This document shows positions 35,850 through 50,206 of a stretch of DNA of 64,000 nt, piece by piece (position 1 is the stretch's first letter; each line of letters opens with the position of its first letter). The translations under genes and the position numbers were made by a program. Under the pieces are notes generated by a model, which was given only the letters and a program-made list of their open reading frames with translations, did not search any database and had not been told where the DNA came from. This stretch comes from Mobula hypostoma (taxonomy: Eukaryota), in contig NC_086109.1 in assembly GCF_963921235.1 (NCBI RefSeq), forward strand, positions 19,780,001 through 19,844,000. The letters are read 5' to 3'.

Positions 35850-37443
35850 ACCATTCTCAGCCCCATATTGCTGACCCTCCTGTTTTTACCATTTACAAGC
35901 CCAATCTGACTTGTTAAGTGCTGTATTTCACTGTTATGGATGTCATTCGCACAGGAGTTATCTTTTCTCCAGTATAACGTCTTAGTTGGATATCTGCAGG
36001 CTTCAGTTCCATATCTTTGAAATGCTGTTCAAACTCATTTTATGGAATGACTGAAACAGCTGAGCTAATGCCCAATTCCATTTTAATTAATTTGCCTTTC
36101 ACTTCTGATGGAAACCATATTGCTTGTTGTGTGTTAGTTTTCACAATGTAAGTCTCAAGGCTACACAGTCCTAGTGTCATTCTCGTCATTATCCGATTTA
36201 GTGTTCTTTTTGGAACTGCAATTTGACCTTTGATATGTTTATCTTCCCTGTGCAATCTATTTATTCTTCCCTGTCCGACATGCTCTTTGTATGTGCCCTA
36301 CTTTGTGGCATTTTCTACAACTTTCACCTTTAAATCTGCATCGTTCTGGTGTATGTGAGCCTCTGCTACAATAAGTCATACAATTTGTTCAGCCAGGCAA
36401 ATTTCTGTTTCGACATTGCAATTTTGTTCATGTTCACCTTCATTCCTAACCCCAACTCCATTGTATCTCCAGCTGCTGTTTCCACTGATACAGCGATTTC
36501 AACTGCTCTTTTAACTGTGAGTTGTTCTTCAGTTATGGGCCATTTTTGATTGTGTTCTTGTAAGATTCCACAAACTAAACAACATCTCAGTGCATCATTA
36601 AGCCCATCACTAAACTGGCAATGCTTGGACAATCTCTTCAATTCAGCCACATAAGCTGAAATGATTTTTGATTCTGCTTTAGAAACCTAAAGCTTTCTGC
36701 AATCACAATGGTTTCAATACTAATGTTCCTGCATTATTTTCACAATATCATCAAAGCTCATTTTGACTGGTTTGGTTGCAGCAGTTAAACTTAAAAGCAA
36801 ATTGTATGCTTTTCCATTAATTAGACTCAGCAAAACTTGCACTTGTTGCTTATCAGCTATTCCATCTGCTTTAAAATACTGCTCAATTCATTCAGTATGC
36901 ATCAGCCGGTTATCTGTTGTGCAATCGAATATGTCTATCTATTCAATGTAGCCTGCCATTCCTGCTTCTTTTTATTTATTATTATTATTGACCAGTACTC
37001 ACTGTTTATGAACCCGTGATTTCGTCCATTGTCTGTCTTTGTTTTTCACTCAAACATCTCTATCCCTTCCTGAATAAACAGATGCTGCACTTTCTTTTTA
37101 ACTCAAATGTCTCTCTCTCCCCTTCTGAGGAAAAAAACATGATGTGTTTCAACACAATATGTGGTCATCTCAGGTTCATTTAAAAACTTACTTGTCGCCA
37201 CTCTTATGTTTTGTAACTCCAATAACTAATCGAAAGAAAAAGACAAGAGCCAGAGATAAACATGTCTACTTTGTTTTACTTTAGTGAGGTGCACACGTTT
37301 GACATGGTGGCATAATGATGTATGCCATTCACACTCTTCTGACATACAAAATAACCTGTAATGAATTATGTAAGCAAAGAATGCTTAATCAAACAATACA
37401 TTTACAATAATACTGAAATATTACTGAAATATTAAATACATGA
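35850..37443 (-). mobile_element. Gypsy-like LTR retrotransposon remnant: 5' LTR (37202-37443), PBS, degraded gag/zinc knuckle/protease
   Basis: PBS TGGCGACAAGT (37190-37200, -). ATG at 36959 (MAGYIE). AELKRLSKHCQFSDGLNDALR..LVCGI gag motif; CRKCHKVGHIQRAC knuckle; IKMELGISSAVSVIP as a degenerate DTG protease motif. Confidence 0.85.
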
Positions 37444-39478
37444 TAGAATATAGGGCAGTACTGCACAGGTGCAGGCCCTAAGGCACACGATGTTGTGCCA
37501 AACCAATTAAGTTAGTAATCAAATGGCCAACTAAACTAGTCCCTTCTGCATATACAATGGCCATACCCTTCCATTTCCCTAACATTCATGTACCTATCTA
37601 AACGTCTCTTAAAAACCCCTAATGTATCTGTCTACCACCACCCAAAGCAATGCATTCCAGACACCCACCACTCTCTATGTAAAAAAAAAGTTACCCCTCA
37701 CATCTCCTTTGTAATTATCCCCTCTCACCTTAATTGCATGCCCTCTGGTATCAGATATTTCAACCCTGTGAAAATATACTGCCTGCCTACTTTATCTATG
37801 CCTCTCATAATCTTATAAGCCTAATAATCATAATAGCCTGTGTGCCATCCACTTGTAAGGCACTGAATATACCTCTCCCTCAGTACTTCAGAGAAAAAAA
37901 TTCCATTTGGGACTGGAGTCACAATTAGAAGAGAAGAAATAAAGGTGACCTAGAAATTCAACCTGGCCGTACACTTTTGTTTTGAGAATTGCAGCAGAAT
38001 TTCACCAATAACCTAATTGTTAAATGCATTTGGGTAATTTGCTGCACTGGCAGCAAACTAGCAAACTTCCAGATTTCTGAATTAGGTCCTCCATTTCTTT
38101 GTGTACGAAGAACTTGTTCCACTGCATACTCTGTCATCACCGTATGGAACCCTGGCCAATCATGCCATGGACGCCCAGTGCAGTAATTTTTTTTACACTA
38201 TTATCAGAGAAAATTATTTTTAACTTTGCTTCTAATATCCTTTTAAGAAATTATTTGCAATCAGAGGAAACAGCACTAAGGATAAATATGTCAATTTTAC
38301 TTTTCACATGCAAAGATCTGGATTTAATTTCCCCTGTATGTCACTGAGGAAGCGCTGTCCAGCATAAAGCACTGTCTATAGAAGCACTGTCTAGACCACA
38401 AAGTTTCAATAACTGAACGACATGAATAAGCAACTGAGATTTTTAAGCAACAACTTGATATATTCATAGCAGCTTTTTCAGATTTATTTTTTGATTTTGT
38501 CTAATAGATCGAATTTAATTCCTTAAGGGATCTTTCTGACCTGAGGATTATTGGTCCAAAGTTTCAGGGCTAATGAACTAAAGGTTTGTCCACCACTTTA
38601 CCTATGGGTTTAATTACAGCTGGTGTGCCTGTCATGTTCCACATCTAAGGGCAGTCGAAGGTAGTTAAGACCCCAGCTCTTTTTAGTGGATCTTTTATTG
38701 GTTCAAGGAATCAAAGAGAGATACAACATGGAAACAGACATTTCAACCAACTGGGTTCATGCCAACCACGAAACACCCATTTTTACACTAACCATGATAA
38801 TGACAATAGTATGCTTCAGAGACTAAAACAGGATTGAATCTCCGGCGGTAAGTATGTGTGTACTTGGTGACTGCATTAAAAATTATTGGTCCTGAAACAA
38901 CTTCCACTTGATATTAAACAAAACAAATACTTAGTGGCTTTCTACAATTGTTCTCTAGATTACATCATACAGTTCAAAATTGCAAGTAAATTTATTATCA
39001 AAGTGCATATATGTCACCATACGCAACCCTGAGATTCATTTTCTTGAGGAGATACTCAATAAATCCATAATAGAATAATAGCCATAATCAAGTCAATGCA
39101 AGACTGCAGCAGCCTGGGTGTTCAACCAATGTGCAAAGTCACAAACTGTACAAATACAAAAAGAAAGAAATAATAATAAATAAGCAATAACTATTGAGAA
39201 CATTAGATGAAGACTCTTCAAAGTGTGCCCCTAGCATAGACGGCCTTAGCTATGCTTCACCCGTTTCAACTGAAACAGGCCCCGCCCTCCCAGGGGCCCC
39301 CGACTGACATGCAAAAATTTAATGCCCAGCTCCCAGACGCCACAAAATTCTCCTGCTATTGCCAGCCGAACCACCAGTGGGCGCTCGCTGACTGACAACT
39401 GAGAAAATACATTAAAATATTTACTTCACTTGTAAACATTGCTCCTAGCAAAGAAGGCTACTTTTCAATGAGAGGAAA

Positions 39479-42058
39479 ATGAAACGCTGCTATCCTAGTG
39501 GTGTTGAAAAATGGAAAATATTAGACAACAAAACAAAACCTCTAAATATCTCCCAAAAGTTACATCTTTCTTTGGTCCAGCATCTGTAGAAGGCCCACCG
39601 ACTGCAGTTGCTGCTGCACCATCGTCACAGCGTGGGGCTGCAGTGCCAAGTGACAGTGTAAGTGGTACAGGAGATGTTGATGATCAGAGCAATGAAAATG
39701 AGATGAACAATTCTACTCAGACAGATGGTGATAACGATGACCAAACTTTGTTTGATGAACAAGCACCGCAGCATGATGACAGTCCTACAACTGAGACAGG
39801 TGAGGGAGATGTCGCCACCAGCACACCAGACAGAGAGAAAGCCCCACTAACATTCACAGAGACCGATCCGGCACGTTGGCCAACGCATATTACCAGTGAC
39901 CAACGGATCGACATTGTTTGGAGAGGTCCCGTTCGGTTAGAGGATGTTAACTTTCCACAGAGCCAATCACGCCATCGTTTTACCAAAGACAGATATCTTA
40001 TGAAGATGAGAAATGGAGAAACCATTCATTGGTCATGGTTAGTGTACTCAGAGTCATCTGATTCAATCTTCTGTCTCTACTGTACCCTATTTGGCAAGCG
40101 AAATCACAGTCTCACTTGCGGAGGTTTCAAAGAGTGAGAGCGACTCACTCTCACACTCCAGGATCATGAGAAGTCAAATATGCACCGTGCCAGCATGGAT
40201 AGATGGCGCGAGCTGGAAATACGCTTAAGAACGCACAGTGCCATTGACAACACGTACCAAGAAATGCAAATGCTGGGAAAAAAAACACTGGAATGATGTC
40301 ATGAAGAGGTTCATTGCCATAGTCTGTCACCTTGCAGAATGAAACCTTGCTTTCCATGGCCACAGTTCCACCCTACATGAACCAAATAATGGGAACATTC
40401 TTGGTCTGGTGGAGCTGCTTGCCGAGTTCGACCCAATGACGAGCGAACATGTCAGACGAGCAGAGTAAAAAGAGATTGCTGACCACTACATAGGGAAAAC
40501 CATACAAAATGAGTTAATCACACTTATTGGAGACAAGATACTGGAAGCGATAACAGAGAGAGTAAAACAATCACATTACTACTCGGTGATAATGGACTGC
40601 ACCATAGAGCAGCTCTCTGTGACACTGCGCATTGTCACATGCCAAGCAAATGTCGGAGATACTGTTAGTGAGCATTTTGTCGGTTTCCTACCAGTGCCTG
40701 ACACAACAGGGACAGGCCTAACCGACATTTTCTTAACGCATATGGAGAAGTTAGGATTAGATATCTCAAAATGCAGGGGGCAGGCATATGATAATGGGAG
40801 CAATATACAGGGGAAAAATAGTGGGGTGCAGAAGAGGGTGCTAGATATTAACAAAAAGGCACTGTTCATGCCATGCGCCAGCCACAGCCTAAACCTAGTC
40901 ATTGTCGATGCTGCAAAATCAACAGTGGGGTCTGTGAGCTTCTTTGGGGTGCTGCAATGTCTATACACACTATTCAGCTCATCGAGACAGAGATGGGAGC
41001 TTTTCAAGGAGAACGTGCCACAGATGACCCTCAAGGCCATATCCAACACGCGATGGGAGTGCCGCGTGGAAAGTGTGAAAGTCCTGCGCTACCAGCTTCC
41101 CGATGTCGGCAATGCGCTCCTGTCACTGATTGAACAGGCCACATAGAAAGGTGACAGTGAAACCACATCTGCAGCCAGAGGCCTAGAACAGGAGATCATG
41201 TCATGGAAATTCCTGCTGACTGTTATCATCTGGTACAACGTTTTACATGAGGTGAATCGTGTCAGCAAGCTGCTCCAGAGCCCACAAGTGGGAATCCATG
41301 TGCTACGGCGCGAGGTGGAATATGTTCTGAAATTTCTCAAGGAATACAGAGAGAACGGCCTTTCATCCTCCCAAACGGATGCCAGAGACATAGCTGAAGA
41401 GATAGGGATGCCAATGGTCTTTCCTACTGCACGAATCAGAAAACCAAAACGCCAGTTCCAGTACGAGTCCCAAAGTGCAGATCCTTTCCTGACAGTGGCA
41501 CCCGAGGAACTGTACAAGAGAGAAGTTTTCGTTCCACTAGTCGACTCTGCCATCACAGGCATTAGTGAGCATTTCAAGCTGATGGAATAATTTTACAGTC
41601 TGTTTGGCTTCATTTATGGAAGAGAGGAAATGAAAAAAGCCACCCAAAGTCGCACACTGAAAGACAGCTGCGTAAACATGGAGAGGACACTTGGTGATGT
41701 GGATGCTGAGGACCTTTTGCGTGAGGTGTCGGCTGCTGTCAGTGCCGTGCCTGCAAAAGAAACCACTGGCCTGCAGATTCTGAGCTACATGTACAGCAAC
41801 AATCTGGTTGAACTGTATCCTAACCTCACCATTTCTCTAAGACTCATGCTGACAGTGCCTGGGACGGTAGCAAGTGGAGAGCGAAGTTTTTCGAGGCTAA
41901 AGCTCATCAAAATGCATCTGAGGACAACCATGCTCCAGGAGCTTCTGTCAGCTCTTGCTCAGATATCAATTGAGCATGAAATAACAAGATCACTGGACAA
42001 AGATGAGCTCATTAAAGCATTCTCAGCACTCAAGCACAGGAGGGTGGTGAAGTTCTAG
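39479..42058 (+). pseudogene. hAT transposase pseudogene (TTF-type Zn finger, DUF4371-like region, C-terminal dimerisation domain)
   Basis: MKRCYPSG start, WLVYSESSDSIFCLYCTLF, CRGQAYDNGSNIQGKNSGVQ, PCASHSLNL, TRWECR, SGERSFSRLKLIK. Several stops and frameshifts; AATAAA near 42089. Confidence 0.92.
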
Positions 42059-42611
42059 TAGGAAGTCTTTTAATACATTTTTAGCAGAAATAAAGTTTAT
42101 AATTAAAATAATAAAATAAACCACGTATTTCACTCAAAATGTCTATAGGCGATTCGGCGGCATTTCCGCAAATCGTAATTTCTCCCTCCCGCTTGCGTCC
42201 TCTCTCTCTCTCACTCTCCTCCTGTTCGCTCTCCAGGCCTTACGTGAGCTGTCCGTGGTGCTGAAAGAGCGCGAGATGCAGTTTGTTGTAAACTTCCAGT
42301 AGTTAACTTTCAGACACTGTTCATTGAATAAATAAAGTGTGAATTTTCATTAAATATGACATTGCTTTTGTTATTAATTTAATTAAAGGGAAATTGTTTA
42401 AGCTGTTCTTATGTCAGCTGATACCTAACACATACTGCCATTCAATGCAGACTAGTTGCTGAAAAGGGCGAGGCTTCTCACTCCAAAGCAAAAAATGTCA
42501 TTGTTTCAGTTTTTAATTAAGAGAATTGTTTGGATTATGTTGAGCTGTCCGTCCATTATGCTGAAAGTGCATATAATGCATCAATGTTTAAGTCCGAAAT
42601 TATACCATTAT

Positions 42612-43053
42612 TAGAACATAGAACATAGAATAGTACAGCATAGTACAGGCCCTTCGGCCCACAATGTTGTGCCAACCCTCAAACCCTGCCTCCCATATAA
42701 GCCCCCACCTTAAATTCCTCCATATACCTGTCTAGTAGTCTCTTAAACTTCACTAGTGTATCTGCCTCCACCACTAATTCAGGCAGTGCATTCCACGCAC
42801 CATCCACTCTCTGAGTAAAAAACCTTCCTCTAATATCCCCCTTGAACTTCCCACCCCTTACCTTAAAGCCATGTCCTCTTGTATTGAGCAGTGGTGCCCT
42901 GGGGAAGAGGCGCTGGCTATCCACTCTATCTATTCCTCTTATTATCTTGTACACCTCTATCATGTCTCCTCTCATCCTCCTTCTCTCCAAAGAGTAAAGC
43001 CCTAGCTCCCTTAATCTCTGATCATAATGCACACTCTCTAAACCAGGCAGCAT
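42612..43053 (-). mobile_element. Relatively young 5'-truncated CR1 inserted in the hAT 3' UTR
   Basis: Uninterrupted ORF 42679-43062 (LGLYSLERRRMRGDMIEVYKI...FFTQRV..WNALP) and a (TTCTATG)n tail at 42612-42630. Confidence 0.9.
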
Positions 43054-46000
43054 GCAAACCAACTTGAATATTCACTTTTTTTCTTTCTTTTAGGGGTAGG
43101 GCCCCACATTAACTCTTGAAACGGGCCCCCAGATGCTTAAGGCCACCTATGGCCCCTGGGTTGTGGGAAAATCTTAATGATGAAGTGAAGTTGAGTGAAG
43201 TTATCCCAGAGCCTGATGATTGAGGGGTAATAAATATTCCTGAAGCTGGTGGTGTGAGTCCTGAGGCTCCTGTACCTTCTTCTTGATGACAACAGTAAGA
43301 AGAGAGCAAGTCCTGTGTGGTGGAGATACCTGATTATGGATGATGTTTCTCTGCGACGTTTTATGTAGATGTGGTCAATGGTGGGAGGGCTTTACCCATG
43401 ATGGACTGGGCCATATCCACTACTTTTTGTAAGATTTTCCATCCAAGGGCATTGGTGTTTCCGTACCAGGCTGTGATGCAGCCAGTCAATATACTCTCTA
43501 CCACATATCAATTAGAAGTTTTTTGAAGTTTTAGATGTCATGCCGAATAAAAACAGCCTGCTTCCTTTGAACTTGTGATTATTTCTGGCCCTCTGGGATA
43601 CTAGTACCGTGAATGATCATCCAAACTATTGGAGAGACCAAGGCTTTGGCCTCTAACATGAAAATATCATTCTCTACTGCTACCAGTCGTAGATGTCTTT
43701 ACATCAATTCTAACTGCCTTAGCCTCACACTCTATCCCAGAAGCTTGGTTCATTGTCTTGCTGAAGGTTTTATTATTGTGTACACTGTCTTTTTCTCAGA
43801 TTTCAGCTCCCAGGAACAGCATAGCTTTTTTTGCCATTGACAAAATTATTTGAACAGTCAGTAACAAATATCTGGGTAATTTGCACCATTTCAATCCTCT
43901 AAAGCCTGTATCTATTCTCTCCCCCAGTGGAAAAGAGGAAATTCAAACATCATGCACATTCAAAATGTACAATAACTTTTTTTAAGTGCTGTTGGATCCT
44001 GATGACTTTGAGAACCAAAGGATCTTCAGAAGTCAAGAATGAGGGATAAGCCTGTTGATTGTGGCTGTTTATTAAGTAGAATGAAGAATGAAAGAAAGAA
44101 AAAACAAAGAACAAAGAAGTCATGGTGGTCTTATACAAAAACTATCTTAAACTAGAAAGATAACAAGACTATCCGTGATTGCGTATAACTTGTGAAGTGG
44201 CCAGATTCAAGTGTCATGACACCTGCTGCAGAAAAATAAGACAATACAGAAACGGTTATGCTGGAAAGACTGGAAAATTCACTGAACAATTACACATATA
44301 TGGGTGATTACTTAAAAATACAAGCATGCATAGGAAAAGTTAAACTATGAAAAAATAACAATTCTACACTCCAATCCAACAGTGTGTTGTCACTTATCCC
44401 ATCTACTGAACTCATTACCTGCTTTAGCCCACCGACCGTGAGATTTCTACAAAGTGGACATGGCCATGCAACCCAGGACTGCTGAAGTGGACGTAACACC
44501 CCACACTTGAAAAGCAGGAGAAACTCAAAGCAGAATCAAGTTGCAATGGTCATGTGAAGGGACGGGGTCCCCAGGGTGATGGTGGAAGTATTTAGTGCTG
44601 AATCTCCGAATTGTGTGGGTGGTCCCCAAACTGTACAATGAGATCCAGCAGCAGTTTGAGGCCGAGGTCTTCTCCCCTTTAAGATGCACGTACTTAACAT
44701 TCGTGAGCACTGATTAATTTCAGTGGATGCACAAGATTCCTAAAATCACTCAAAGTTTACAGAGGATGAACATGATAACTGGTGGCTCCAAGCACACTGC
44801 TCCGTGTACAAGACACGCTTATGAAAGAATTTCTAGAATCAAAGGAATCTGGAAACTCACAACCAGTGCATCCTTAACACAGAGGTGAGTAGATGTCTAA
44901 CATGGGGTGAAGGAGGCACGGGAGACCTGATAGAGGTATATAAAATTTGGGAGGCTTAGATAGGGTAAATAGCTAGAATCTTTTATTCCCTACAGTAGGG
45001 GTTAAAAAAAAAACAAGAGGGCAATGATTCAAAGTGACAGAGAGGAGATTTAAATGGGGATCACAGGGGTAATTTTCTCTTTCCAGCACTTGATGTCAGA
45101 GGAGGCAGACCAAACCAGGCAGGAACTGTAACTACAGTTAAAGGGCATCTATTCATGTACTTGAATGAGCAAGGCATGGAGGTATATGGATTTAGTGAGC
45201 GCAAGTGGAATTAGGTTCATGGTCCACATAAAGGCAGTGGGATGAAGAGCCTGACTATGACTGTGGAGCCGAGGAGGCTAAGGGAGGATTAAAACTATGA
45301 GAGGCATAGATGGGGCAGATAGTCGGAATCTATCTTATCCCTGTGGTAAGGGTGTCAGAAACAACAGGACCTGGGTTTAATATGTGAGAGGGTAAGAGAT
45401 TTAACAGGGATCTGAAGGGAAAGTTTTCAACAGAGAGTCCAGTCTCTGGGATCTGGAACTCACTGCCAGGGAAGGCTGTTGAGACAGATACACTCACTAT
45501 CATTCAGAGGCATTTGGATAGACTCTTGATCAGGCAAAGTATGGAAGTATGCAGACTTAACGCAGGTAAATGGGCTTAATGTAGACAGACACAACAATCG
45601 GACATGGTGGACTGAAGAGTGTTCTTCTGAGATTGACGACTCCAAGCCTCCACTCCATACCCAAAATTAGATGCTCCCAAACCAATCCAAAGTGTGTGCT
45701 CCAATAAATCACAATCGAGGGAACATTGCAAGTACTAAATCATTCCATTAATATCATTAACCACCATTTCCAGTCTTTGAACATTAAAGAGCAATTTGAT
45801 CAATTAATTTGTCAGGCACTTCCACATTCAAAATTATGTTTTAATGGCAAGACATGACCATGACTCTCTCGCACTGAATGGGCCATTAACAGAATTACTG
45901 GAGACTGTACTTTTATCACATCTCAGTTCTGAGAATTAGTTTTCAGATTCAGGGGAGGGATCATAGAAGCAAATAAATTTGCCACGCATTGTGTTGCTCG

Positions 46001-47277
46001 AAGAAGGACGTGCTTGAAGCACCTCACAGTACTAGTCAATGCTCCAGCCCCAGCAGCAATGGGATGTGTACAAGATGGGTGTGACAATATTGCAAACCGG
46101 TGAGCGAGGCAAATTTGCGAAAGGCCAGAATAATAGACATTTTAAAATTCTCACTTAGTATTGAGGTATGTATTGGTTCATTATTGTCTCATGTACCAAG
46201 ATAGAGTGAAACGCTTGTCTTGCCAACTGTTCATACAGATCAAAGTGCATGGAGGAAGAACAAGGTGAAATAACAGCAATGCTGAATAAAGGGCAAAAGC
46301 TGGAGGGAAAGCACAGTCCAGGTAAATGATAAATGGAAGATTATAACACGGTAGACTGTGAGACCAAGAGCCCATCTTATCATACAAGAGGTCCATTCAG
46401 GACTCTGACAACAGTGGGATAGAAGCTGTCCTTGAGCCTCATAGTGAGAACTTTCAGGCTTTCTTCCACCCAGTGGGAGAGGAGAGAACAGAGAATGTCT
46501 GAACATGTTCGCTATGCAAGGACAAATTGGACAGTATATTCAGCTGATTGGACATGCATTATAAATTGCTCATCACCAGAACCTTTACTGCTACTCACAC
46601 AGGCAGTGTCCCACCCATTCACCTTCCTCCCCCATTCTCTTTGCAAATTGTTAAATCTAATCACAGAAACTTTGTCTGATAATTAATATCATATGAACCT
46701 TTTTAATCAGCATGGTGATTGTTAAGGGCTGTTAATTAACCTCTCTGGCATAGAAAGGAACGATTTAACTTGTGGAGACTCAATCCTGCATGTAGTGACT
46801 TGTTGTTGGAGATTTTTAAAACATCAAGCTTTCATTTTTTACTTTTTTCTTTTCCTTTTACTTTTTCTTAATCCAATCTTTCTTTCACTCATTCTATTTC
46901 TCTTTCTGCCTTGGAGTTGCCTCTAACTTCCCCCTCTGTCCTTTCTGTCCCGTTCCATAGCAGAACCCGTAACACTATAACAGCGCCAGTGACCCAGGTT
47001 CAGTTCCACTGTACTCTGTAAAGAGTTTGTACATTCTCCCGATGCTCCCATTTCTTCCCACATTCCAAAGATGTACCAGTTAGTACAGGTTAGGAGGTTA
47101 ATTGGGCACATGGGTGCAATTGGGTGGTGTGGGTCCTCTAAGCAAATAAAATAAATAAATATTGCTTTCTGATGCATTGTCAGCGACAAAGTTTGAGCTC
47201 AGGAGTGGATAGTGAGTTCCGATTGCTGGGATGCACATGTAATGACACACTTGTCAATGTCCAACTCAGTGACAATG

Positions 47278-48128
47278 AAGGGGACAATGGGAGAATGGGA
47301 CAAGAGGACAAAGGGAGAATGGGACAAGAGGACAAAGGGAGAATGGGACAAGAGGACAAAGGGAGAATGGGACGAGTGGTCAAAGGGAGAATGGGACAAG
47401 GGGTCAATGGGAGAATGGGACAAGAGGACAAAGGGAGAATGGGACGAGTGGTCAATGGGAGAATGGGGCAAGGGGACAATGGGAGAATGGGACGAGTGGT
47501 CAATGGGAGAATGGGACAAGGGGTCAATGGGAGAATGGGACAAGTGGACAATGGGAAAATGAGGCAAGAGGACAATGGGAGAATGGGGCAAGAGGACAAT
47601 GGGAGAATGGGGCAAGGAGACAAAGGGAGAATAGGGCAATGGGAGAATGGGACAAGGGGACAATGAGAGAATGGGGCAAGGGGACAATGGGAGAATGGGA
47701 CAAGGGGACAAAGGGAGAATAGGGCAAGGGGACAATGAGAAAATGGGACAAGAGGACAATGGGAGAATAAGGCAAGAGGACAATGGGAGAATGGGACAAG
47801 AGGACAAAGGGAGAATGGGGCAAGGGAACAATGAGAGAATGGGACAAGGGGACAATGAAAGAATGGGGCAAGGAGACAATGGGAGAATGGGACAAGGGGA
47901 CAATGGGAGAATGGGACAAGAGGACAATGGGAGAATGGGAGAATGGGGCAAGAGGACAAAGGGAGAATGGGGCAAGGGAACAATGAGAGAATGGGGCAAG
48001 GGGACAATGGGAGAATGGGACAAGGGGACAAAGGGAGAATGGGGCAGGGGAACAATGGGAGAAATGGACAAGGGGACAATGGGAGAATGGGGCAAGGGGA
48101 CAATGAGAGAATGGGACAAGAGGACAAA
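47278..48128. repeat. 24-bp purine-rich minisatellite, about 35 units
   Basis: Unit aatgggagaatgggrcaagrggac, which gives the GRMGQEDN-type pseudo-ORFs. Confidence 0.96.
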
Positions 48129-48139
48129 GCAGTGTCTCT

Positions 48140-49110
48140 ATTTCCTGAAGTAATTCCTTTTCTCTCTTCTGGGAAAAGGATGTGGAGGGTAGAGAGCTAA
48201 GGGAGAGGTAGACTGATATTCTGAAACATTTGATAAATGGGAGCATATTAGGCTGGATGGATAAATCCCCATGACCCTGCGGGATCCACCTCATGCTGAG
48301 GGAAGCAAAGAAGACATTTGCTGGGGGACTGACAGAAGTTTGTGCATCATGAGTGAGCTAGCAAAGGACTGAAGATAGCTGATGAACATCCTCCTATTTG
48401 AAAGAGGGTAGGAATAACCCAGGAAACTATAGAACAGCGATCTTTACAGTGGTAGGGAAATTGTTGGCGAAGGTACTGTGGCAGAAGACTTATGTTCATT
48501 TAGACAGGCAGGAATGGATTAGGACAAATCAGCATAGATTTGTGCAGGGGAGATCAAGCCTCACAAATCTAATTGAATTTACATGAACTTCGGTAAAACC
48601 TTTGACAATGTCCCAGTGCAGAACGTCCAAGGAATCCAAGGCACATAGACAAACTGGATCCAAAATTGGTTTAGTAATAAGAGGCAGAGGGTAGAGATGT
48701 GGGTGTTTCTTTCTGATAAGAAGTGGTGTACCACAGAATTCAGGGCTATATCCTGTGTTTTCCACAATGATTTGGATAAGAAGATAAGTGGTCTGATTAA
48801 TAAACTTACAAGAAAATGGGTGAAGTCCTAGATGTGGATGAAGAGTACGTAGAGACAGAGAGTTATACAGCACAGAAACAGACCCTTTGGCCCAACTCAT
48901 CCATACTAACCAGGATATCTACCTGAGCTAGTCTCACTTGCCTGTGTATGAACTATATCCCTCCAAGGATATCAATGTAAGGATAAATGAAATGGAAGGT
49001 TGGTCAGAGAGGTGGCAGATGGAATTTAATCCAGAAAACTGTGAGTTAATGCACTCTGGGAAAATAAATTCTGGTCGAATGTATAGAAAAAAAATGGCAG
49101 GGACCTCAGT
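48140..49110 (+). mobile_element. Old CR1 RT-region remnant
   Basis: PGNYR, NQHRFVQGRSSLTNLIEF, WSERWQMEFNPENCELMH. Confidence 0.8.
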
Positions 49111-50206
49111 GGTTTCAAGGAGAGGCGAGTTGCAGGCTGCAGGGTTTTGGGAGATATCATAAATTCAGAGGATGACAAGTCAGCTAAGAATATTCATCTT
49201 CATTTGGACATGTGGATCCCACTGAGCCCAACCCTTACTGAAGGTTCACTGACCTGAAACGTTGCACTCATCAAAGATCCAGCCATTTATATTTTGAATG
49301 TCCAGTATGCACGGCATTTATCACACATTCCCATTTACACTTTAATTAATTGTTTTTTCCCCTCTCTCACATGAGGCGTTGCTGAGATTGTAGTTTCTCA
49401 GCTACATTGCCAGTTAAACCGAGTGCCGATCACCCTGAAATGAACCTTCGTCAGTGAAGTTGCCGACACTTTCTCCCAATTGGTAGACTGGACTGCCATC
49501 ATGTGGCAATTCTGTGTCATTACACACAGTCTGCTGTACACATTCAGAACACGTGGGTACTTAGATCATGTTCTGGCCAGTCTACACGCCTATACTAATC
49601 CCAATTACCCGTACTTGGACCATAACTTTTCATGTTTTGATGATTCAACTCTTTATCTAGATATATCCTAAATGCTATCAGCCTGCCCCAGAATCCTCAC
49701 CCTGTCTTCTCGTTCATGAATGTTACATATTTCAAACAGTCCCTGTTCCTCTTAATTTCTGTATTTTCTATGTTTTTTACAAATCTCATATATTTTTAAG
49801 AAATAGAAGCAGGCTCTTGAACCCCTCACACCTGCTCAGCCATTCAGTAAGGTTGTGGCTGACCTCTGACCTCTGACCTCAGTACCCCATGTCCCTTCAT
49901 TGCTTTAACACCCTGACAACTTGAGTGTACTCAGTGATTGGACTTCCACGGCCTTCTTGGTTAGGGAGTTTCCAAGATTTCCTTAGTGAAGAAATTTCTC
50001 AACTCTCACCTCAATGACCGATTCCCAACTTTGAGATCCCTGGTTCTAATCAGTCCAGTTAGTGGGTACAGCCTTCACCCACACCGTGTCGGTCCCTTTA
50101 TGAACCTGACATGTTTGAATGAGTCCGGCTTTTATTCTTCTAAACTCAGCACGGTCTGCTTATATCCTCATATGACAATCTACCCTGCCCCAGCAATCAA
50201 TGTAGT

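Larger units (their letters stand above)
39235..43151 (+). mobile_element. Full-length hAT DNA transposon (ZMYM1-like transposase), inactive
   Basis: TIRs CATAGACGGCCTTA / TAAGGCCACCTATG; 8-bp TSD GCCCCTAG (39227-39234) / GCCCCTGG (43152-43159). Confidence 0.93.
38970..43550 (-). mobile_element. Rex1/Babar-type LINE 3' fragment split by the hAT insertion (38970-39226 and 43160-43550)
   Basis: Tail aaatttattatcaaagtgcatatatgtcacc. The continuation cctgaagctggtggtgtgagtcctgaggctcctgtacc resembles the reverse complement of 52140-52240. Confidence 0.7.

Noticed and set aside
39479..42058. Host ZMYM1 gene or domesticated transposase
   Set aside because: It has multiple stops and frameshifts and is bounded by TIRs and a TSD, so it is a dead transposon.
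47172..48294. Gly/Arg-rich or Cys/Pro-rich repeat proteins
   Set aside because: These are translations of a 24-bp minisatellite that is open in several frames, with frame-breaking unit variants.
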